Below, one piece after another: positions 27,425 to 36,291 of a stretch of 64,000 nt of DNA. A program made the position numbers and the translations under genes. The notes under the pieces were generated by a model that had not been told where the DNA came from, did not search any database, and saw nothing but the letters and a program-made list of their open reading frames with translations. Source of the DNA: Terriglobia bacterium (lineage in GTDB: Bacteria > Acidobacteriota > Polarisedimenticolia > Polarisedimenticolales > JAIQFR01); NCBI GenBank assembly GCA_020073205.1, contig JAIQFR010000009.1:17071-81070 (forward strand). Reading direction: 5' to 3'. Within the stretch, counting starts at the first letter, position 1. The number at the start of each line of letters is the position of its first letter.

Positions 27425-28723
27425 TCAGGACGCCGCCAGCACCAGCGTCGCGTTGTGCCCGCCGAACGCGAACGAGTTGGTGAGCGCCGCGACGGCCCGG
27501 AGCGGCCGGTTCTCCCTCGGCAGGGCCAGGTCGCACTCGGGGTCGGGATTGTCGAGATTGACGCAACGGTGAACGAGCCCCCGGGCGAGGCTCAGGACGG
27601 TCACGATCGCCTCGATCCCTCCCGCGGCGCCGATGGCGTGCCCGGTCATCGCTTTCGTCGAGTTCACCCAGACGTCGAAGATGCGCGTTCCGAACACCCG
27701 GCGGAGCGCCCGGGCTTCCAGCGGATCGTTGAGCCTCGTCGAGGTTCCGTGGGCGTTGACGTACCCGACCTCGTCCCGGGCGACGCCGGCCGAGGCCAGC
27801 GCGCGCTCCATCACGCGGACCATCTGGTCGCCGCTCGGCTCGATCTGCATCATCGAGTGCGCGTCTGAGGTCGTGGCGTACCCCGCGACGCGGGCGTGAA
27901 TCCTCGCGCGGCGGGCCCGCGCGTGCTCCTCGCGCTCCAGGACCAGAAGCCCCGCCCCCTCGCCCAGCACGAACCCGTCGCGGTCGGTGTCGAAGGGCCG
28001 CGAGGCGCGCTCCGGCTCGTGGTTTCGCGTCGAGAGGGTCCTCAGGAGGTCGAAGCCGAGGAGGCCGTAGCCGTCCACGTCGGACAGCGTCTTCTCCACC
28101 CCCCCCGCGACCGCCACGTCCAGCTCGCCGTCCCGGATCAGCCGGTAGGCGTCGCCGAGGGCCATGGTCCCCGACGCGCAGGCGGTGACCACGGCCTTGC
28201 ACTCGCCGCGGAAGCCGTAGCGGATCGCCACCTGCGCCGGCAGCGCGTTCGGGATCAGCATGGGCAGCGAGTAGCGGAGCGCGCCGGTGATGGGCTCCCC
28301 ACGGACCCAGGCTCGGTGCGATTTCTCGAGCGTGCACAGCCCGCCGATGCCGGTCCCGATGATCACGCCGGTCCGCTCCGGATCGATGCCGTCGACGCTC
28401 AGCTCGCGGCCCTTCTCGTCCACGGGGGTCGTCCTCAGGCCGGCGTCCCGGAGCGCCAGCGCGGCCGCGGCGAGGGCGTAGCGGGAGGTCGGATCCAGGA
28501 GCTGCGCCTCCCGCCCGGTCAGACCGAACGAGGCGGGATCCGGATCGGCCACGGGGGCGCCGACCCTCGACTTGAAGGGGTGCCCGTGGATCCAGTCGTA
28601 GTCCACGGTGCGCGTTCCCGAGCGGCCCAGGACGATCCCTTCCCAGAACGCATCGACCCCGTTGCCGATCGAGGTGACCGGCCCGAGACCCGTGACGACG
28701 ACCCGATGCGGTGGCTGGCCCAA
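27425..28723 (-). CDS. fabF: Beta-ketoacyl-ACP synthase II-like condensing enzyme
   Basis: Active-site Cys in VVTACASGTMALGDA, His motifs NAHGTSTRLND and MTGHAIGAAGGIEA, and C-terminal NSFAFGGHN. Confidence 0.9.
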   Translation of the reverse strand: MGQPPHRVVVTGLGPVTSIGNGVDAFWEGIVLGRSGTRTVDYDWIHGHPFKSRVGAPVADPDPASFGLTGREAQLLDPTSRYALAAAALALRDAGLRTTPVDEKGRELSVDGIDPERTGVIIGTGIGGLCTLEKSHRAWVRGEPITGALRYSLPMLIPNALPAQVAIRYGFRGECKAVVTACASGTMALGDAYRLIRDGELDVAVAGGVEKTLSDVDGYGLLGFDLLRTLSTRNHEPERASRPFDTDRDGFVLGEGAGLLVLEREEHARARRARIHARVAGYATTSDAHSMMQIEPSGDQMVRVMERALASAGVARDEVGYVNAHGTSTRLNDPLEARALRRVFGTRIFDVWVNSTKAMTGHAIGAAGGIEAIVTVLSLARGLVHRCVNLDNPDPECDLALPRENRPLRAVAALTNSFAFGGHNATLVLAAS

Positions 28724-28747
28724 GCGCTCCCCTCCGAAGGCCGCGGA

Positions 28748-29536
28748 CTACAGCAGCTCCGCGCGGAGGACGGTGACCGCCGTGCCTCCGAGAATCACCC
28801 GGTCGCCGTTCAGGCGCACGTTGACCGTGCCGCCGCGGGCGGACGCCTGGTAGCCCACGAGCCGGGGACGGCCGAGCTTCGCGCCCCAGTACGGCCCGAG
28901 GCAGCAGTGGGAGGAGCCGGTGACCGGGTCCTCGTCGATGCCCGCGGCCGGGGCGAAGAACCTCGAAACGAAGTCCCGATCTGGCGACGACGAGCGGCTG
29001 GTCACGATCACCCCGCGCGTCGTGATCGCCCTGAGCCAGGTGAAGTCCGGCGAGACGAGGCGGACCGTCTCCTCCGATTCCACCTCGACCAAGAGGTCAA
29101 GCCGGTTCCTGCCGACGAACGTCGGGCGGACGCCGAGGGCGTGCTCGAGATCGGGCGACTCCTCCGACTCCGTCGCCGGCTCCGCGGGAAAGTCCATCTC
29201 GATCAGCGTCCCGCGCTTCTCGGCGGTCAGGAGCCCGCTCCGGGTGTGGAAGCGCGCCGCCGCGTCCGAGGGCAGCCGGCCCTCCTCCCAGAGGACGTGC
29301 GCGGAGGCCAGGGTCGCGTGCCCGCAGAGGTCCACCTCGACCGTCGGCGTGAACCAGCGCAGGTCGAAATCACCCCCCCGTTGGACCAGGAAGGCCGTCT
29401 CCGACAGGTTCATCTCCCGCGCCACGTCGCGCATGAAGGCGTCGGGCCGGGGCTCGGGGAGGAGGCAGACCGCGGCGGGATTCCCGGCGAACGGCCGGTC
29501 GGTGAAGGCGTCCACCTGGGTGATGCGCACGCTCAT
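28748..29536 (-). CDS. PhzF-family isomerase
   Basis: ITQVDAFTDRPFAGNPAAV..SETAFL..RWFTPTVEVDLCGHATLASAH..GSSHCCLGPYW. Confidence 0.85.
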   Translation of the reverse strand: MSVRITQVDAFTDRPFAGNPAAVCLLPEPRPDAFMRDVAREMNLSETAFLVQRGGDFDLRWFTPTVEVDLCGHATLASAHVLWEEGRLPSDAAARFHTRSGLLTAEKRGTLIEMDFPAEPATESEESPDLEHALGVRPTFVGRNRLDLLVEVESEETVRLVSPDFTWLRAITTRGVIVTSRSSSPDRDFVSRFFAPAAGIDEDPVTGSSHCCLGPYWGAKLGRPRLVGYQASARGGTVNVRLNGDRVILGGTAVTVLRAELL

Positions 29537-29636
29537 CTCGGGGCTCCGCTCCTCGCGTCGGGGACCGCACGTTGAACCTCGGCGCCCGGCGCGAGGGAAT
29601 CGGGCGACCGGGCCGGCGGGTCCGGGACCCCCGCCG

Positions 29637-30725
29637 TCAGACGGGGGGCTTGAGCGCCTGGTAGACGACCTTGTCGTCGACGACCAAGCGGAACCGGTCC
29701 CCTTCCTTCTTCACCTCGGGCTGGGAGAACGGGTCGAACTCGAATCGCTTGATGATCCGCCCCCAGATCGCCTTCAGGGCGCGTGCGCCGATGCGACGGG
29801 ACAGCGCGGCTTCCTCGGCGACCTTGCGGGCGGCGTCGTCGGTCACCTCGAGCTCGATCTTGTAGTTCTTGAAGAAGTTCTTCGAGGCGTTGAAGACGCT
29901 GTCCGGCGGCTCGAGGAAGATGCGCTTGAGGAGCGGTCCGTTCAGGTCCTCGAGGATGATCGCGTTGTCGAACCGGGAGAGGAACTGCGGCACCATTCCG
30001 TAGTCGAACAGGTCCTCCTGCTTGAAGTGATGGCGCAGCGCGAAGACCTCCCGGATCTGGACCTCGCCGTTCTCGTACACGGTCTCCGTGGGGAGCTTCA
30101 CGCGGCTCGTGGCGGACGTGACGCGCCGGAACACTTGGTCGTACAGGGTCTCGAACGCGCCCGCGCAGAGGAACAGCATCTTCCCGGTATTCACGGTCAC
30201 CGAGGCGCGCTCGGGCACCTTGCCCTTGAAGATCGTCAGCTGGTGGAGCATCCGCTCCCCCTCGATCAGGGTGAGGAGGGCCTGCTGGATGTTGATGCCG
30301 GTGACGTACGGCTTCCCGCCCACGACGCTGGAGATCTTGTCGATCTCGTCGAGGCAGACGGTGGCGCGCTCCATGTAGCGGCCGATCTCCTCGCCGGAGG
30401 CCTCGTCGCCCAGGATCTGGCGCGCGCGCTCCTCGAGCCTGAAGAGGAGGCGCGAGGTGTCGATCACGCCCTCCTCGCTCGCCATCGTGTTCGCGTTCAG
30501 GATGACGACGACCCGGTACTCCGCGAACGCCGGCTGCGACTGGTACAGCCGCTCCATGGCCCGCATGACCGTGGTCTTGCCGGTGCCGGAATTCCCGATC
30601 AGCAGGAGGTTCCCGTACTTCTCCCCCTGCAGGTGCTTGAAGATCGCCACCGACACGAATCGAAGGGTCTCTTCCTGCCCGAGGACCGCCGTCTGGAGGT
30701 TCTGGTTGATCTCGACCGGCTGCAT
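29637..30725 (-). CDS. ClpX/HslU-clade AAA+ ATPase lacking the zinc-binding domain, GYVG pore loop and IGF loop
   Basis: Walker A is GNSGTGKT and Walker B is VCLDEIDKIS. ClpX-like blocks are QQALLTLIEGE, FLCAGAF, GMVPQFLSRFD and IGARALK. The translation contains no N-terminal C4 cluster, no GYVG and no IGF. Confidence 0.8.
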   Translation of the reverse strand: MQPVEINQNLQTAVLGQEETLRFVSVAIFKHLQGEKYGNLLLIGNSGTGKTTVMRAMERLYQSQPAFAEYRVVVILNANTMASEEGVIDTSRLLFRLEERARQILGDEASGEEIGRYMERATVCLDEIDKISSVVGGKPYVTGINIQQALLTLIEGERMLHQLTIFKGKVPERASVTVNTGKMLFLCAGAFETLYDQVFRRVTSATSRVKLPTETVYENGEVQIREVFALRHHFKQEDLFDYGMVPQFLSRFDNAIILEDLNGPLLKRIFLEPPDSVFNASKNFFKNYKIELEVTDDAARKVAEEAALSRRIGARALKAIWGRIIKRFEFDPFSQPEVKKEGDRFRLVVDDKVVYQALKPPV

Positions 30726-30796
30726 GGGCTTGGCTCTCCGCCGTCAGGTCGGACCGAGCCGGGCATTATAGACCGCGGGGACGGGCGCCGCCCGGA

Positions 30797-31753
30797 CTAC
30801 GCGACCGGACCGTCCTCCTGGAGCGGCGGTGAAACGGGCTCCGGTGACGGCGGCGGTGGGAACACCGACCAGTCGGCCCCGAACTGCGCGAGGAACTCCG
30901 GCCCGTAGGCGCGGTAGGTCACCGAGACCGGCAGGACGAGCACCGAGCCGACGTAGGGAATCGCCAGGAGGATGAAGCCGCAACAGAGCGTCGCGCAGCC
31001 CGCGACGACGATCGCCACCACGACCCCGAGCGTGAGCACGAAGAGGAACAACCCGTAAAGGAGGAACCGGATGAAGTGGCTCCCGAGGAGCGGGACGAAC
31101 CGCCCCCACGCCGCGGTCGCGGCCAGGTCGTCCCGGTACATCACCGGGACCACGAAGTTGCCGAGGAGCATCTCCACGAAGAGCACGGCGAGCACCAGGG
31201 CCACGATGACGGCGCCCAGTCCGACGAGCGCGAGGACGCGCGCCGCGAGCCAGCCGCCCCGGAACGCGCTGAGGACCACGAGCGCGAGCGGCAGCACGAG
31301 CAGGAGGGCCAGCACGATGCAGATCGCCGCGAAGACGAGCCGCCAGAGGAAGAGCGAGTCCCCGAGCCTCTGGAAGCGCTTCCAGGGCTCCACGATCGCC
31401 GCGCGGTCGTGGATGACGCCGTCGAGGAAGATGAATTTCGCCCGGGAGCTGATCCAGAGGAACAGCACGACCAGGGCGAGCACGATGCAGACCGCGAGGA
31501 CGATCACGACGACCCAGATCGGGTTGCGGAGGAGCTCCAAGACCCGGCCGGTCGCCTCCCCCAGGTCCTCCGATTCCCGCCGCATGATCGAGCGGCGGAG
31601 CACGGCGTTCCAACCGCCTCCACCCTCGCCGAGGGCGGACAGGAACGCCGCGAAGCCCAGTACGATCCAGGTCTCGACCTCGAACGGCCTGAAGAGGATC
31701 CGCTTCATCCGGTCCAGGGCCCGCTCGAGCGGGGCGATGAAGGCGATGTCCAT
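30797..31753 (-). CDS. Hypothetical polytopic membrane protein
   Basis: 318 aa with about 6 long hydrophobic segments and a Pro-rich C-terminal tail. I cannot confidently recognise a family. Confidence 0.6.
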   Translation of the reverse strand: MDIAFIAPLERALDRMKRILFRPFEVETWIVLGFAAFLSALGEGGGGWNAVLRRSIMRRESEDLGEATGRVLELLRNPIWVVVIVLAVCIVLALVVLFLWISSRAKFIFLDGVIHDRAAIVEPWKRFQRLGDSLFLWRLVFAAICIVLALLLVLPLALVVLSAFRGGWLAARVLALVGLGAVIVALVLAVLFVEMLLGNFVVPVMYRDDLAATAAWGRFVPLLGSHFIRFLLYGLFLFVLTLGVVVAIVVAGCATLCCGFILLAIPYVGSVLVLPVSVTYRAYGPEFLAQFGADWSVFPPPPSPEPVSPPLQEDGPVA

Positions 31754-31813
31754 GCTGCTCCGCCCTCCGCCGCCGATTCTGAGGACGCGGGAGGGGAAAA
31801 GTCAATCGGGCGA

Positions 31814-33793
31814 TCAGGGGATCCGGTAGATCAGGATCGAGTCTCCCGCGCGTCCGACGGGGGTCAGCGTGTCCCGGAGCCGGCTCATCCAGGTGGTCAG
31901 CAGGCCTGCCTCGATCTCCGTCCGTTGGCCAGGGGAGATCCCCCCCGACGCCAGAAGCCAGTCGGCGAGCGGCGGGAACCGCTCCCCGCGGGCGACCCGG
32001 CCGTCGCGCAGAGCGATCCAGTCCTCGATCCTGCGCTCGGCGACGAGGCCGCGGCGCAGCGCCTCCTGCGCCACCTCGTGGTCCGCGTCCAGGTACACGC
32101 CCTCGAGGAGCGTGACGCTCACCGCGAAAAGGTCGCCGCGCCCCGGCCGCACCGACGGCTCGGTCGGCTCGAAGTCGTGCACCCGGACCACCTTCCGATA
32201 CCGTATCCCGTAGGCCTTGGGATCGGCGGTGCCGAAGTAGGCGAGGTCCACGGACTCGTGGCCGTGCGCGTCCAGCCAGGCCTCGAGGGCCGGCAGGTCC
32301 TGGCCCCAGTCGATGTTCGAGTCCACGAGGTAGCGGAAGCCGCCCCGGGCCCCGCCCGCGAACGCGTTGAAGTAGGACAGGTAGCGGGGCGTCGCGAGGC
32401 CGAAGGAAAGGGCGCAGCCCGCGAGGAGCGTCGTCGCCGCCGCCCGCCGAACCCGGGTGCCCTCGAGCAAGCCTGCCGTCCCGCCCGCGGCGACGAACAG
32501 GAACGGGACCACGGGCAGGAGGTGGCGATACCCGATGTTCAGGTTGCCCGCCATGGACGCCGCCAAGTACAAGACCGGCGGGATCGCGAGGAGCCACCCG
32601 TCGACGGAGCGGCCCCGCGTCCTCGCGATCCCCGCCAGAAGCACCCAAAGAAGGAGGAGCACGAACGCTGGGGGCGTCTTGAGCAGGAACGCCTCCGGAA
32701 AGTAGTACCACCATCCGGTGACCGACTGCTCCCCGTTCAGGAACGCGAGCCTCGCGGAGGCTCCGCCCCGAGCGTACGCGAGGCCGAAGAGCCAGGCCTC
32801 GGGCAGCACCTCGGCGTCCTTGGCCCACGCGATCGCCGATGCCATCGGCCCGTGGACCTTGTCCAGCATCTCCCACTCGAGCCGGTAGCCGGGATCCGTC
32901 ACCGCCGAGTACCGGAAGCCGTACCCCGCCCACAGGACGACGTACGCCACCAGGAACGCGCCGGCGAGACCCGCCGCGGCGGCACGCCAGCGGCCGGCGG
33001 CGGGTCGGCCGCCGGGAGCGACCCCCGCGACGATCCACACGGCGGCCATCAGCACGAGGATCGGCGCCAGCAGCATCGCCGTGTACTTCGTCAGGAGAGC
33101 GGCCCCGAGGGACGCCCCGGTCGCCACGGCGGGCCTCCACCCCGGACGGCGGGTGAAGCGCAGGAAGCACCACGCGGTCGCCGCGAAGCCGAGCGCCGCG
33201 GGTAGATCGGTGGTCACGAGCCCGGCGTGCGCCAGCGTCGTCGGCGAGAGCGCGCCCAGGGCGAGCGCGACGAGCGCCCCATCCCTCCCCCACAGGTCCC
33301 GGGCCAGCGCGTACACCACGAGCAGCAGGAGCACTCCCGCCGCCAGCATCGCCATCCGGCCGGGCATGAGCACCCGCCTCGGGTCCTTCCTGACCGGATC
33401 GCCGATCCGCCCGTTGAGGAACTCGTACCCGAACTTCCACTGGTCGGCCCGGGATCGGCGCGGGTCGCCGGGCGGGACGTGGGCGCCCAGCCAGTTCGGG
33501 GAATCGTAGTCCGCCGATCCCCGACCGGAGATCCAGAGCGGCAGCGCGGCCCACATCTTCGCCAGCGGCGGATGCTCCGGGTTGTGGCGGAAATCCAGCC
33601 GGTCGAGATAGGTGAAGCCGGCGGGCAGGTGCGTCGTCTCGTCGAAGGTCGCGGACAGTCGGAGCGCCGACGCGGCGCCGCACGCGACGAACAGCGCGAC
33701 GAAGAGGACCACCGCGGACACGTGCGGAAGGCGTCGGATGGGCACGAGGGATTCTAGCCAGAAAGGTCGGAAAACACGACGGGCCGGGAACAT
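31814..33793 (-). CDS. GT39/GT83-type (PMT_2 / ArnT-like) glycosyltransferase
   Basis: FDETTHLPAGFTYL..NPEHPPLAKMWAALPLW, a polytopic N-terminal half and a large soluble C-terminal domain. Confidence 0.8.
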   Translation of the reverse strand: MFPARRVFRPFWLESLVPIRRLPHVSAVVLFVALFVACGAASALRLSATFDETTHLPAGFTYLDRLDFRHNPEHPPLAKMWAALPLWISGRGSADYDSPNWLGAHVPPGDPRRSRADQWKFGYEFLNGRIGDPVRKDPRRVLMPGRMAMLAAGVLLLLVVYALARDLWGRDGALVALALGALSPTTLAHAGLVTTDLPAALGFAATAWCFLRFTRRPGWRPAVATGASLGAALLTKYTAMLLAPILVLMAAVWIVAGVAPGGRPAAGRWRAAAAGLAGAFLVAYVVLWAGYGFRYSAVTDPGYRLEWEMLDKVHGPMASAIAWAKDAEVLPEAWLFGLAYARGGASARLAFLNGEQSVTGWWYYFPEAFLLKTPPAFVLLLLWVLLAGIARTRGRSVDGWLLAIPPVLYLAASMAGNLNIGYRHLLPVVPFLFVAAGGTAGLLEGTRVRRAAATTLLAGCALSFGLATPRYLSYFNAFAGGARGGFRYLVDSNIDWGQDLPALEAWLDAHGHESVDLAYFGTADPKAYGIRYRKVVRVHDFEPTEPSVRPGRGDLFAVSVTLLEGVYLDADHEVAQEALRRGLVAERRIEDWIALRDGRVARGERFPPLADWLLASGGISPGQRTEIEAGLLTTWMSRLRDTLTPVGRAGDSILIYRIP

Positions 33794-33852
33794 CGGGAAA
33801 ACCCGTCGCCCCCGGCCCCCCGTTGCGCTCTTTCTCTCGATCGCGTCGCGGC

Positions 33853-34893
33853 CTACTTGGGCTGGCCCTCGGCGGGAGGCGCCGCCGGCGGCGCGGCGGG
33901 TGCCGCGGGGGCGCCCTCGGCGGGAGCCAGCTCGACGACGGTCTTCAGGTCCTCGCGCGTCGAGATCGTCCCGGGCGTCCCTCCCGCGGCAGCGGGCGCG
34001 GGCGTTTCCGTGGTCATCCCGAACTGGAACGAGTTCTTCGTCACGATTCCCTTCGACTTGCTCAGGTAGAACTCGCCCGATCCCTTCGCGTCGCTCAGTT
34101 TGCCGTTGGACGGCGAGGGAGGAGGCGCAGCGGCGCCGGCAGCCGGTATCTCGACGGTCCTCGACGTGGCGTAGGTGAACTTGAAGCTGTCGTCCCCCTG
34201 GAACGGCTCAGAACCTGCGAGCGTGTAATCCGTTTCGAAGATGAGGGACCCTAGGACCGGATGGGGTTCCCGGACCTTGGCCTTCCGGTAAAGCGTCCCC
34301 GGCTTCACCGGCTTCTCGGGGAGCAGCCGGAACAGCCCTTCCATCTGGCACTCCAGCAGGTCTCCGAGGGAGTCCTGCGCGAACGGGAGGTAGGAAGCTC
34401 CGTTGGGGGCGGCCTTCATCTCGTCAAGGACCTTCTTGGTGAGCGTGTCGAAGCCGGTGACCGCCTGGAGCTTCCCCTTCTTGTTCAGCTTGAAGGTGAT
34501 GGACTCTCCGATGATCGCCGTGTACGGGATCGCAAGGGGACTCGCTTTCCGCTTCTCGTCGTCGGGATTCGCGGGATCGTACGTGAAGTCGACTTTCTGC
34601 GAAGGGATCTGGAGATGATCCCCGGCGGATTCGAATTTGGCTTGAACGGTCGCCGTGCCGTCCGCAGCGACGTCGGTCACCTCCTGGCGCCAGATGTAGA
34701 ACCGATTGTCGGTCGCCTCGCCCTGCTGGGTGCCGGCTACCTTCTGCAGCTTCTCGATCGTCATCTTGTACCGCGCCGTGTCTCCCTTGACCCACTTGTA
34801 CTCGGGTGCCACGGTCTCCTGAGCGAGCGCCAGCGCGGCGGAGATGGCGAGAAGCCCCGCCACGGCCGCGATTCCCAGGACGCGCTTCTGCAT
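33853..34893 (-). CDS. Hypothetical secreted protein with a Pro/Ala-rich C-terminal tail
   Basis: ATG at 34893 gives MQKRVLGIAAVAGLLAISAALALAQE, a Sec signal. The body is Lys-rich and the C-terminus is low-complexity (APAAPAAPPAAPPAEGQPK). The track ORF extends spuriously upstream to 35151. Confidence 0.7.
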   Translation of the reverse strand: MQKRVLGIAAVAGLLAISAALALAQETVAPEYKWVKGDTARYKMTIEKLQKVAGTQQGEATDNRFYIWRQEVTDVAADGTATVQAKFESAGDHLQIPSQKVDFTYDPANPDDEKRKASPLAIPYTAIIGESITFKLNKKGKLQAVTGFDTLTKKVLDEMKAAPNGASYLPFAQDSLGDLLECQMEGLFRLLPEKPVKPGTLYRKAKVREPHPVLGSLIFETDYTLAGSEPFQGDDSFKFTYATSRTVEIPAAGAAAPPPSPSNGKLSDAKGSGEFYLSKSKGIVTKNSFQFGMTTETPAPAAAGGTPGTISTREDLKTVVELAPAEGAPAAPAAPPAAPPAEGQPK

Positions 34894-35037
34894 GGATGGC
34901 CTCCTACCCCTCGCTGCGCCGCCAGGCCCCCGATCCCGAATACCGGTGCGAAGGACCTTGGAGCGTACAGCTCGGAATGTTACACCACGAGTCCCCCCCG
35001 CGCCGGGGATCGGGTGGACGTGGTAGGGTGTCCCGCC

Positions 35038-36282
35038 ATGGCGACCCGCCCGCCGGTGCACCGCGTCGTCTTCAGCGCGAGGATGCTCGCGCAGCTCCTG
35101 GCAGGGTTCTCGTCCGGCCTGCCGCTGCTGCTGACGGGATCCACCCTCCAAGCTTGGCTGAAGGACGAGCGGGTGGACCTCGGCGCGATCGGTCTGTTCG
35201 CGCTGGTCGGCTTGCCCTACACCCTGAAGTTCTTCTGGTCGCCCCTGCTCGACCGGTACGTTCCGCCCTTTCTCGGCCGGCGGCGCGGCTGGATGCTCCT
35301 GACTCAGCTCGCAGTCGCCGCGGCGATCGCCGGCGTCGGCCTCTCGAGCCCGGCCGTCTCCCCGTCCGGCGTGGCCGTTCTCGCCCTCGCTCTCACGTTC
35401 GCAAGCGCCAGCCAGGACATCGTGCTCGACGCCTACCGGCGCGAGGCGCTGGAGGAGGTCGAGCTGGGGTTCGGCACTTCGGTGTTCGTGAGCGGATACC
35501 GGCTGGCCATGCTGGTGTCGGGGGCGCTCGCGCTGGCCCTGGCGGACCGGGTCCCGTGGCGCAGCGTCTACTTCCTCATGGCGGGTCTGATGTCGGTGGG
35601 GGTCGTGACCGCCCTCCTCTGCCGCGAGCCCGTCATCGACGCCCCGCCTCCGCGCTCGCTTCGCGACGCCGTGGTGGAGCCGTTCGTCGATTTCTTCCGC
35701 CGGCGGAGGGCCTGGCTGATCCTGGCGTTCATCGTCCTCTACAAGGTCGGCGACCAGATGGCCTCGGCCATGACCACTCCCTTCGTCCTGGATCTCGGGT
35801 TCAGCAAGACCGAGCTGGCCGCGGTGGTGAAAGTCTTCGGGCTGGTATCCATGATCTGCGGGGGGCTGGTGGGTGGGATCGTCATGCTGAAGCTCGGGAT
35901 CCGCCGGTCGCTCTGGGCGTTCGGCATCCTCCAGGCGCTGTCGGTGCTGGCGTTCGCGGCCCTGGCGCAGGCCGGGAGGATCTACGGGATCCTCGCCGGC
36001 GCGGTCAGCCTGGAAAACTTCAGCTTCGGAATGGGGGCCGCCGCGTACTCCGCGTACATGGCCAGCCAGACGAACAAGCGCTTCACCGCGACGCAGTTCG
36101 CGCTGTTCAGCAGTTTGACCGGGATCCCCCGCGTGCTCGCCGCCGCCCCGACGGGATTCCTGGCGAAGGCGCTCGGCTGGACCGGCTTCTTCACGTTCTG
36201 CGCCGCGGCGGCGATCCCGGGGCTCGTTCTGCTCCTCTGGGTCGCGCCGTGGCGGGAGGCTTCGTCATCGCCCACCGACTGA
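35038..36282 (+). CDS. ampG: AmpG-family MFS muropeptide permease
   Basis: MLAQLLAGFSSGLPLLLTGSTLQAWLKDERVDLGAIGLFALVGLPYTLKFFWSPLLDRY..GRRRGWML. ATG at 35038 lies inside the longer track ORF. Confidence 0.85.
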   Translation: MATRPPVHRVVFSARMLAQLLAGFSSGLPLLLTGSTLQAWLKDERVDLGAIGLFALVGLPYTLKFFWSPLLDRYVPPFLGRRRGWMLLTQLAVAAAIAGVGLSSPAVSPSGVAVLALALTFASASQDIVLDAYRREALEEVELGFGTSVFVSGYRLAMLVSGALALALADRVPWRSVYFLMAGLMSVGVVTALLCREPVIDAPPPRSLRDAVVEPFVDFFRRRRAWLILAFIVLYKVGDQMASAMTTPFVLDLGFSKTELAAVVKVFGLVSMICGGLVGGIVMLKLGIRRSLWAFGILQALSVLAFAALAQAGRIYGILAGAVSLENFSFGMGAAAYSAYMASQTNKRFTATQFALFSSLTGIPRVLAAAPTGFLAKALGWTGFFTFCAAAAIPGLVLLLWVAPWREASSSPTD

Positions 36283-36291
36283 GCCCGAGCC

